A stretch of DNA of 32,000 nt, from contig LT962688.1 of NCBI GenBank assembly GCA_900234795.1, positions 5,190,001 through 5,222,000 of the forward strand, written 5' to 3'. Below the pieces are notes generated by a model. That model was not told the origin of the DNA. It ran no database searches and saw only the letters and a program-made list of their open reading frames with translations. Of the stretch, positions 8,258 to 17,610 are shown piece by piece. The stretch is from Methylorubrum extorquens. Lineage in GTDB: Bacteria; Pseudomonadota; Alphaproteobacteria; Rhizobiales; Beijerinckiaceae. Each line of letters starts with the position of its first letter. Within the stretch, counting starts at the first letter, position 1. Position numbers and translations under genes: made by a program.

Positions 8258-9618
8258 GGCCCTTCCTCAAGATCGTCGTGGTCGTGGGAATCCTCTTCGC
8301 AGGGGTGGCGGGTGGTGCCTACACCCTGACGCGCTATCCCTGGCTCATCTCGGCCAGATACACCCTGACCTTGGCAACCGGCCCAGTTGGAAGCGACGGG
8401 CAGAAAGTGCTCGCCGCCTTCATCCGCGATCTGTCCGCCGAGCATCCCCTCGTCCGCTTGGTCCCCGTCCAGACGGACAATTTGTCCGAGAGCGGAAAGG
8501 CGCTCACGGAAGGCAGGGTCGACTTCGCCGTCGTGCGAAGCGACGATGAGGCGGCTGCGAACGGACGGACGATCTTCGTGCTTCGGCAGGACGGGGCCGC
8601 GGTCATTCTGCCACCGGACGCAAAGATCGAGAAAGCCAGTGAGCTCGCGGGCAAGAAGCTCGCCGTCGCGAAAGGGTCCGATCCCGGTCTGCTCAAGGCC
8701 TTCACGGAGTTCTATGGCCTGCGCGACGCCGATCTCATCGAGATGCCGGCGGCGGAATTTGGACCCATGCTGAAGGCGAAGCGTGTCGTTGCGGCCGTCG
8801 TCTCCGGCCCGCTTGGTCCGGGGCCGATCACGGATGCCTTCGCCAGCATCCGAAAGAGCTTCAAGGCGGAGCCGTCCTATCTCGACATCCCGGAAGCGGA
8901 TGCCATTGTCGCCCGCGCACCTTCCTACAGATCTGTCGAGATCAAGCAGGGCACCTACGGGGGAACGCCGAGCGAACCCGACGAAAGCATCCATACCTTC
9001 GCGGTCCGCACCCTGCTCGTCTCGCGCGCCTCGCTGCCGGACCGCGTGGCTGGCGAGATCACGCGGCTCATGTTGACGACGAAGGCGAAGCTGGTCGCCA
9101 CGGTGCCAGCGGCGGGGCAGATGGAGGCGCCTGAGACCGAGCGGTCCTTGCTGCTCCCTGTGCATCCTGGAACGCTTGCCTACCTGAACGGCGAACAGGA
9201 GAGCCTGCTGGATCAGACGGTCAACTATTACTGGCTGACCGTCATGGTATTCGCCATACTGACCCCCATCCTGGGCTGGATTGCCTCCAGACGTCGGCTG
9301 CGCCGCAGCCGCGAGGATCGGGCGAAACTACTTCGCGTGGTCGAGCTCGTCAGGCTGGCTAAGGTGGGTTCCGCGGCGCAGCTCGCCATCGCCGACGAGG
9401 AACTCGAAGGCATGTTGGAATGGCTGTTCGAGAGGCTTGCCGCAGGCGAAATCGAGCGCGACCACTTCCGATTTTTCGAGCAAATGATCGCAGGATTGCG
9501 CGAGACTATTGAGAAACGCCTCGGAGATCTTGCCGCGCTCGAGGCACCTTCGAAGTCCAATCTCACATCACAGCATGGTCTCGCAGTTCTCGATGATGCG
9601 GCGCGGCAGGTTAGATGA
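8254..9618 (+). CDS. TAXI-like (TRAP-type) solute-binding domain protein, membrane anchored at both ends, with a cytoplasmic coiled-coil tail
   Basis: ATGA start/stop overlap with the upstream gene. N-terminal anchor FLKIVVVVGILFAGVAGGAY. Binding-domain hallmarks LATGPVGSDGQ.., ..LTEGRVDFAVVRSD.., ..LPVHPGTLAYLNGE. Second TM YYWLTVMVFAILTPILGWIA, followed by an RRRLRRSRED stop-transfer and about 100 aa of helical heptad-like sequence. Confidence 0.6.
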   Translation: MRPFLKIVVVVGILFAGVAGGAYTLTRYPWLISARYTLTLATGPVGSDGQKVLAAFIRDLSAEHPLVRLVPVQTDNLSESGKALTEGRVDFAVVRSDDEAAANGRTIFVLRQDGAAVILPPDAKIEKASELAGKKLAVAKGSDPGLLKAFTEFYGLRDADLIEMPAAEFGPMLKAKRVVAAVVSGPLGPGPITDAFASIRKSFKAEPSYLDIPEADAIVARAPSYRSVEIKQGTYGGTPSEPDESIHTFAVRTLLVSRASLPDRVAGEITRLMLTTKAKLVATVPAAGQMEAPETERSLLLPVHPGTLAYLNGEQESLLDQTVNYYWLTVMVFAILTPILGWIASRRRLRRSREDRAKLLRVVELVRLAKVGSAAQLAIADEELEGMLEWLFERLAAGEIERDHFRFFEQMIAGLRETIEKRLGDLAALEAPSKSNLTSQHGLAVLDDAARQVR

Positions 9619-9850
9619 TGGGAGGCGGACACCGTTCCAATAGGGCTTGCTCGTGTGGACCAGTCCAGGCCGCCGTCCAAGCCGTTCCAAATGGATGGCG
9701 CGGCATTCCGGGACGGATCGTCCCTAGAAGCCTCGGAACTCATTGGAACAGCTAAGCCCATCGGACGTCGCCGGCAAAGCCCCATCAATGGTCTGCTATG
9801 CCTTCATCACCCGCCCTCCGGCGATGCCGCATTGAATGACTTTTCAGGGC

Positions 9851-10022
9851 CGAGGCTGTGTGAAAACGTCGAGGCCATAGAAGGATCTTCCCCTCGCACA
9901 TCCTGTGCAGCGCCGGCATGGCACCCCAACGGCAACTCGGCCGCCAACCATAATGCTCGTATGTCGGCAGCGCAGAAGATTGTTCTATCGTTTCGGCGCG
10001 CCTGAGTTTTCACACAGCCTCG
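9851..10022. repeat. pair of perfect 17-bp inverted repeats (CGAGGCTGTGTGAAAAC) flanking about 138 bp; MITE/REP-like or structured-RNA candidate
   Basis: 9851-9867 cgaggctgtgtgaaaac and 10006-10022 gttttcacacagcctcg are exact reverse complements. Weaker complementarity continues outward (acttttcagggc / accctttgcagaagg) and inward (atagaa / ttctat). Confidence 0.7.
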
Positions 10023-10208
10023 ACCCTTTGCAGAAGGTCGGAAGGTCTGCTCCGAGGCAGCCCGGTGGACGAGGAACTACGATTGGGTCGGGTGGACAGT
10101 AGCCCGTCAGATTCCGAGCGAAAAAACCACCGAAGCAGACCTCACTCCTCCGGCCGCGCATACGAATGCGTGCCGGCATCTTGCGCTAGCCGGACCATCC
10201 TGCAATCA

Positions 10209-10224
10209 TCAACCAAATGGTTGA
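10209..10224. promoter_or_regulatory. candidate ArsR-family operator palindrome overlapping the arsR-like start codon
   Basis: TCAACCaaatGGTTGA is a perfect 6-4-6 palindrome. It is embedded in a 24-bp imperfect one (atcatcaaccaa|atggttgagcat) centred on the ATG at 10217. Confidence 0.35.
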
Positions 10225-10561
10225 GCATTTGCCCTTGGCCCTGGATGGCGTCTTCCATGCCCTCGCGGATCGAACCCGTAGGGCCATGGTCAATCAACTC
10301 GCGTCCGGTGAGCGCACGGTCTCCGAACTTGCCGCCCCCCACGCCATGTCCCTGTCCGCTGCTTCCAAGCACGTCCGTGTCCTCGAAGATGCTGGCCTTC
10401 TGAGCCGCACGATCGAAGGTCGGGTACATCGCTGCTCGCTTGAACGTCAGCCCCTTGTTCAGGCGCTTTCCTGGCTGCGCACCTACACGGCTTTCTGGGA
10501 CGAGCGGCTCGATGCTCTCGATGATCTGCTTAACGCCGAGGACGATGATGACCGACACTGA
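10217..10561 (+). CDS. ArsR/SmtB-family transcriptional regulator
   Basis: The winged-HTH region FHALADRTRRAMVNQLASGERTVSELAAPHAMSLSAASKHVRVLEDAGLL is typical of ArsR-family proteins paired with SRPBCC/AHSA1 genes. Confidence 0.85.
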   Translation: MVEHLPLALDGVFHALADRTRRAMVNQLASGERTVSELAAPHAMSLSAASKHVRVLEDAGLLSRTIEGRVHRCSLERQPLVQALSWLRTYTAFWDERLDALDDLLNAEDDDDRH

Positions 10562-10995
10562 GCCTGCTGTCGTCCTCGTCCGGACGTTTCGGGCGACCTG
10601 CGACAAGCTTTACCAAGCCTGGACCGACCCGGTGATGATCCAGCGTTGGCTCGCGCCTGGCCCGAACGTGGTCGAGCAGGCTGAAACCGATCTTCGGGTG
10701 GGTGGTCGCTTCAGGTTGCAGACCCGTGGGCCTGACGGAGCCGAACATCGCATCAGCGGCTGCTACCGAGAACTCGAACCGGCCCGGCGCATCGTCCAGA
10801 CCTGGATATACGACGGCCCCCCTCGACCTCCTGCGCGGGGAGGAGACGCTTCTACAGATCGAGTTCACCCCACGGGACAACGGCACCAGCGATATGCGCC
10901 TGACCCATAAGCGGATCGCCCGTGCGGATATCCGCGAGGCTTACAGGGAGGATTGGCCGAGCTGCTTCGACAAGCTCGCCCCCCTTCTTCACTGA
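10545..10995 (+). pseudogene. SRPBCC / AHSA1 (Aha1-like) domain protein, interrupted by a +1 frameshift in a C6 run
   Basis: Frame 1: MMTDTEPAVVLVRTFRATCDKLYQAWTDPVMIQRWLAPG..RIVQTWIYDGP. The sequence then continues in the next frame as LDLLRGEETLLQIEFTPRDNGTSDMRLTHKRIARADIREAYREDWPSCFDKLAPLLH. The switch is at ggCCCCCCtcg (10817-10822). The start overlaps the arsR-like stop by 17 nt. Confidence 0.75.
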
Positions 10996-11019
10996 ACAGC
11001 AAAGAAACGAGGAAACGCC

Positions 11020-12768
11020 ATGCTGAAACAAGGTTCACCTGCGCCACTCCGGCGCGGGATCGTCAAACTATGGTTCGCGCTCGACGCCGTCGTCGCGCTG
11101 GCCCCGCCACTCTACTGGGCGGCTGACGGCCGCACGGCCCCGATCGCCGGCATCCCGATCGCATTGTTCTACTTCTTGGCGGTCAGTCTGTGCATCACGG
11201 CAAGCCTGGTCGCCGCCTATCTGCTCGACGCGGCTGACCAGGGGGAGCGCGGCATGATCATCACCTTCGGCCTGCTTGCCCTATTCTTCGCCGCCGTCGT
11301 CTGGGTGCTCCAGCGCAACCGCACGGTCGATCAGTCCTTCACCGACTACGCCGTGGGTGGCCGCTCGTTCGGAGCCCGCTACCAGGCGATGTCGTTCCTC
11401 AACACTTGGTATCCGGGCTCGATGTTTACCGCCTTCGGCGCCCTCTCGGTGACGGCCGGCGTGATGTCGTTCTACGTCCTGTCCTACTCGCTCCTGACCG
11501 TTGTGCTGCTCTTTGTCCTGGCCCGGCCGGTCTGGATCTGGGGCAAGGCCTACGACTTGCGCACGCAGGGCGACCTGTTCGCGCTACGCTACGGCTCCCA
11601 CCACATCCGGACGGTTGCGGCGCTCATTGGCATCGTGTCCGGCCTACCCTGGCTCGTCCTTGGGATGCAGGCCCTGGGCAACCTCTTCCAGGCGATGTCG
11701 CTGGGTGTCCTGTCCTTCTCCAGCTCCGTCATCTTGGGCGTCCTCGTCATCGCGATCCGTCAGATCTGGACTGTGCGCATGGGCATGCGCGGCGTGGTGA
11801 TCTCCGACTACCTGCAGGGCATCGTGGCCTATGTCGGTGGCGGCCTGATGCTCATCGGACTGATCGTCTGGCTCGTGGTCGTCAAGGGCAGCACGCTCGC
11901 CACCCTCGATCCAAAGATGTTCGCGATTCCGAGCTTCGGCTCCAAGGAAGGTCCGCTCTACCTGTTCGCGCTGATATTCACCGGCGCGCTCGGCGGTTGG
12001 TGCTGGCCTTACATCTTCGTGCGCCTGTTCACGGCCGATGGCGTGCACAGCCTGAAGAAGTCGGCTGCCCTTGCCGTGCCGCTGACGTTCCTGTTCGGGG
12101 TGGCGCTACTGATCTTCGGTATGCTCGCCTCCAAGGTGCCGGAGGCGGTGGCCAAGCCCGACGACGTCTGGTTCATCGTCTCCCAGCAGGCTGGGGGGCT
12201 CGTGCTGCTGGGCCTTGCCGGCGTCGTGCTGCTGGCCGCCTCGATGGGGCACACGGACGGCAACATCCAAGCCTACGGCACGCAACTCGCCAACGACCTC
12301 GTCGGCAACTATGTCGAACTCGACCAGAAGCGGATGATCGTCATCGCGAAAGTCGGCATGCTCCTGCTGACGCTCTTAGCCTCCTGGTTGGCAACCCTGA
12401 CCTTGCCGGCGCTCTTCTCGTTAGCGGTGCTGGCCTACCAGGGTATCATCCAGCTCTCGGTCCCGCAGTTCCTTGGCATTTTTTGGAAGGGGGGGAACCG
12501 TCAGGGCGCGTTCGCCGGCATGATCCTGGGTTTCGTCACAGCGATCGGGCTGGAGATCGCCTACGGTGGCCTTCTGCCCTTCGGCTACGGCCTGACTTCC
12601 GGCTGCTTCGGCTTGGTCATAAACCTGATCGTCTACGTCGCCTGCGCCTATTGGCTCCCGCACTCGGCAGAAGAGCGACAGAGGATAGAGGATCTGTTCG
12701 CGATCGTGCGGGCCAGGAGAGTCATGCAGGTTGGTTCAGGTTCTCAGGCCCAACCGGCTTTAGCCTGA
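11020..12768 (+). CDS. sodium:solute symporter (SSS) family transporter with an N-terminally fused DUF3311-like segment
   Basis: The first 78 aa (..LWFALDAVVALAPPLYWAADGRTAPIAGIPIALFYFLAVSLCITASLVAAYLL) look like the small DUF3311 membrane protein that usually precedes SSS genes. The canonical SSS body starts at MIITFGLLALFF (ATG 11254) in the same frame with no intervening stop. GAGGA lies 6 nt upstream of 11020. Confidence 0.8.
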   Translation: MLKQGSPAPLRRGIVKLWFALDAVVALAPPLYWAADGRTAPIAGIPIALFYFLAVSLCITASLVAAYLLDAADQGERGMIITFGLLALFFAAVVWVLQRNRTVDQSFTDYAVGGRSFGARYQAMSFLNTWYPGSMFTAFGALSVTAGVMSFYVLSYSLLTVVLLFVLARPVWIWGKAYDLRTQGDLFALRYGSHHIRTVAALIGIVSGLPWLVLGMQALGNLFQAMSLGVLSFSSSVILGVLVIAIRQIWTVRMGMRGVVISDYLQGIVAYVGGGLMLIGLIVWLVVVKGSTLATLDPKMFAIPSFGSKEGPLYLFALIFTGALGGWCWPYIFVRLFTADGVHSLKKSAALAVPLTFLFGVALLIFGMLASKVPEAVAKPDDVWFIVSQQAGGLVLLGLAGVVLLAASMGHTDGNIQAYGTQLANDLVGNYVELDQKRMIVIAKVGMLLLTLLASWLATLTLPALFSLAVLAYQGIIQLSVPQFLGIFWKGGNRQGAFAGMILGFVTAIGLEIAYGGLLPFGYGLTSGCFGLVINLIVYVACAYWLPHSAEERQRIEDLFAIVRARRVMQVGSGSQAQPALA

Positions 12769-12778
12769 GGATGCATGG

Positions 12779-13416
12779 ATGGACAGCTTCTACACGCCTG
12801 AGCAACGGGCGCTGCAGGACCGTTTCGGTACGCGCCGTCTGGCTGACGCGCAGGAGCGCGCAATCGTCAGCGTACGGCTTTCGGAGGCCAATCGAGCCTT
12901 CATCGCGGAACGCGAGATGCTGTTCCTGTCGACTGTCGACGCCACCGGCCAGCCGACCGTGTGCTAAAAGGGCGGTGCGCAGGGCTTCGTCCGGATCGAC
13001 GGCGATGACCTGCTGCTGCCATGCTACGACGGCAACGGCATGTTCCTGTCGATGGGCAACGTGATGGAGGAGGCCCTCGTGGGTCTCCTCTTCATCGATT
13101 TCGAGACACCCCGGCGTCTTCGGGTGCATGGGCTGGCCCGCCTGGACGAGGCTGTGCCAATCCCAGGTGCAGTCATCGTTATGCGGTTAAGTCCGGCGCA
13201 GGTTTTTTGAACTGCCCTCGTTACATTCACCACTACCGGCGTGAACATAGCTCGCGTTACGTGCCTGACGCGCAAGGGGCCGCACCTGTAGCTGAGTGGA
13301 AGCGGCTGGAGTTTCTTCAAGAGGACTTGTGCTAGGCCGATCGCGAGAGTGTGGCGTCTGTCGGAACCATCACGCAGGCTGAGTACGACGCGGCGGTCGA
13401 CAAGGGCGAGGGATAG
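12779..13416 (+). pseudogene. pyridoxamine 5'-phosphate oxidase-like (FMN-binding split-barrel) family protein, three lesions
   Basis: MDSFYTPEQRALQDRFGTRRLAD..LFLSTVDATGQPTVC*KGGAQGFVRIDG..CYDGNGMFLSMGNV..LLFIDFETPRRLRVHG..AQVF then a frameshift then LNCPRYIHHYRREHSSRYVP..AEWKRLEFLQEDLC*ADRESVASVGTITQAEYDAAVDKGEG. Lesions: in-frame TAA at 12965-12967, a -1 shift at the T6 run 13203-13208, and in-frame TAG at 13333-13335. Confidence 0.7.
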
Positions 13417-14064
13417 GGTCGATCCGAACTTCCGCCTCCAGCACGCCGAGGATCGTGACGGTGGTCGGTTTCGGAGATCAGCGTCGCGGTGGGCTATTCC
13501 AGATCCCCGCTGTCACCGCCACCTCAATCTTCGATCCCGCGCAAGGTGTGCTCGCACTGAAAATCAGAGGACGACCGCTTTCGGGATGTTCCAATATCTC
13601 CCGGCATGTCCGAGACAGGTCGTAGGCGGAATGTCCGGTTCTGGCCGAAAGTCCAAGGTCCGCTGGCCACCCCATCCGGACCTTCGGCGAAAGCGGGTCG
13701 AATGTCCGCAAAGGGTTAGGAGTTTGCACGCCGCTTGTACGTCTGTCGGCCAAAAGCGGCGGAAGCTGATTTCTCTACGGCCAGCTTGGCGACTGCCGTG
13801 ATCACACATCACGAAGCCGACTGATTTCGGCTCGGTTGGTCCCCGCGCAGGGGAGGGGGAAGCCCCATGCAACCCAGTTCACGGAAGTAGCAACGCGTCC
13901 TTGCGAGCCGACTGGACTTCGCCAGACACCTGAGCATTGCTGTGGCTGTGCCGGGTGACTGACTGCTCACCGGCGCGCATGTCACCCCGCTGGCGCACGA
14001 GCCACTCGCGGGGTCCTCTCAGTGACAGCGCCAGAGCTGTCGCCCAGAGACGGACGACACAAAC

Positions 14065-14604
14065 ATGCCACGCAAAACGGCCGAAACCCTCAGCCAGACG
14101 CAACGCCTGATCCTGACCCACGCCGCTCAGCACCCCAAACAGCGTGTCCTGTGCCCTGACACGATCAAGCCGCCAACCTTCCGCGCCAGCCTGTCCGTCC
14201 TCCGCACGCGCGGACTGATCGTTGACATGCCTCACGCTGAGGGCAAGCTAGGAAGGCAGGCGTGCCTCATTATCACCGCCGAAGGCCGGGCCGCCATCGG
14301 CATCACGCCGCCGGCGCCTGCCGCTCCTGAGGAGCCGGTAGGCAGTGCTCCTCCAAGCGGCGCGGACGAGAAGCCTCAGCGAAGCAAGCAGGCGCTTCTC
14401 ATCGCGCTGCTGAGCCAACCTGACGGAGCAACGCTCGAGGCGCTGGCCACCGCAACCCACTGGCTGCCGCATACCACCCGCGCTGCACTGACCCGCCTGC
14501 GTCAGCGCGGTCTCGCCATCCTCACCGTGCGCGCCGCCGGGGTCAGCACCCGCTACAAGCTCGCCGAGCAAAGCCTGGTCGCCTCAGCTGAGGCAATGGC
14601 CTGA
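14065..14604 (+). CDS. DUF3489-domain protein (winged-helix-like), first gene of the recombinase module
   Basis: The C-terminal part SKQALLIALLSQPDGATLEALATATHWLPHTTRAALTRLRQRGLAI fits the DUF3489 pattern (..KQ..li.lL.rpeGATi.el..atgWqpHt.Rga..). Confidence 0.7.
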   Translation: MPRKTAETLSQTQRLILTHAAQHPKQRVLCPDTIKPPTFRASLSVLRTRGLIVDMPHAEGKLGRQACLIITAEGRAAIGITPPAPAAPEEPVGSAPPSGADEKPQRSKQALLIALLSQPDGATLEALATATHWLPHTTRAALTRLRQRGLAILTVRAAGVSTRYKLAEQSLVASAEAMA

Positions 14605-15144
14605 TGCCACAGTCGAGCAGCACGAAGAACGCGGCCGCTCCGGCTGCGTTCGTTGACGCACAGGAGCGGCCGACCGGACGACCAGTGCTGGGCCGGGCGC
14701 CGCTGCAGCTCTCTGAGTTGGCCCAGATGAGTACGGTGGAGCTGCGCCAAGCCTGGCGCAGGCTGTTCCACCAGCCGCCACCGCCGCTCAGCCGCGACCT
14801 GATCGTGCGCGCGCTGGCCTACCGCCTTCAGGAGGTTGCGCAGGGCGGCCTCTCCAAAGCCAACCAGCGGCATCTGCGTGCCTTGGCTCAGCGGGGGAAG
14901 GGAGGAAGCACTGTGCCTGACACACCGGCGGTGCCACCTGCGCTTCTGCTGCGGCCCGGCACGCGCCTCATGCGCGAGTGGCACGGCCGTAGCCATGTCG
15001 TCACCGTCACGGAAGGCGGTTTCGAACTCGAGGATCAGCGCTACCGCTCCCTCAGCCAGATCGCCAAGCACATCACCGGCAGCCACTGGTCCGGTCCCCG
15101 TTTCTTTGGCCTGACCGGGCGCAGGGAAGGGCGCGAGACGAGCC

Positions 15145-15152
<8 letters not shown>
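14604..15152 (+). CDS. DUF2924-domain protein
   Basis: ELRQAWRRLFHQPPPPLSRDLIVRALAYRLQE ... LRPGTRLMREWHGRSHVVTVTEGGFELEDQRYRSLSQIAKHITGSHWSGPRFFGL matches the DUF2924 signature. The ATG overlaps the upstream TGA by 1 nt (cTGATG). Confidence 0.75.
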
Positions 15153-17004
<1,852 letters not shown>

Positions 17005-17362
17005 GCCAACTCGACGAACGACGAGCCTGAGCCATCGCAACGGCATCTGGAGGAGCGGGGTCCGACGGGCCTCGTTCTCGTTCGCGGCGCGACCTTCCGA
17101 GATGTCTGCCGCGCGTCAGCGGCTGCCTGGATGGCGCCTGTCTCTGGTCGCGCTGCAAGTCGGGTGGGTAGGAGGCAGGCCGAGAAGGTGGGACTGGCGA
17201 ATGGCGCCGGCGAGACGTTGAGCCTGTCAAGGCCGAAGCTGCGCTGCATCGGTGTCTCTGCGGGGCAGGTTGCTGTTGCTGGCCCTGCAAAGTCCCGGCA
17301 GGCACGAAGAAAATGCCGCGCCTGCTGAAGCCGGGATGAACTGCTCGAATTTTGCGAGTTAC

Positions 17363-17452
17363 TGGCGGAGGGAGCGGGATTCGAACCCGCGATACCGTTT
17401 CCGGTATACACACTTTCCAGGCGTGCGCCTTCAACCACTCGGCCACCCCTCC
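17363..17452 (-). tRNA. tRNA-Ser (anticodon GGA), CCA encoded
   Basis: The reverse complement reads GGAGGGGTGGCCGAGTGGTTGAAGGCGCACGCCTGGAAAGTGTGTATACCGGAAACGGTATCGCGGGTTCGAATCCCGCTCCCTCCGCCA. It has a 7-bp acceptor stem, anticodon stem CACGC/GTGTG with loop CTGGAAA, a long variable arm ATACCG-GAAA-CGGTAT, and T-arm GCGGG-TTCGAAT-CCCGC. Confidence 0.9.
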
Positions 17453-17610
17453 GGAACCGGCCGGGGACCGACGCGGGCGCTGGGCGCGGGCGGTGGTCTC
17501 TTGCGGCAGGTGCGGGTCTGTAGCCGGGGCGTGGGCGTCTGGCAAGGCGAAGAATGCCACAGACGCACGCGTTATGCGCCGCCCGGCTCCGGTCCGGGCG
17601 GCGTGGGGGG

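Noticed and set aside
8173-9165. 330-aa minus-strand ORF antisense to the TAXI-like gene
   Set aside because: It is fully contained in a gene that has recognisable domain motifs. The translation has no recognisable features.
11406-13064. 552-aa plus-strand ORF in an alternative frame of the SSS transporter
   Set aside because: Arg/Pro-rich out-of-frame translation. The transporter frame carries clear SSS-type hydrophobic helices.
17516-17545. Sigma70-like TTGCCA-N17-TACAGA on the minus strand upstream of tRNA-Ser
   Set aside because: It lies about 60 nt upstream of the mature 5' end and is a weak match. It cannot be distinguished from chance without TSS data.
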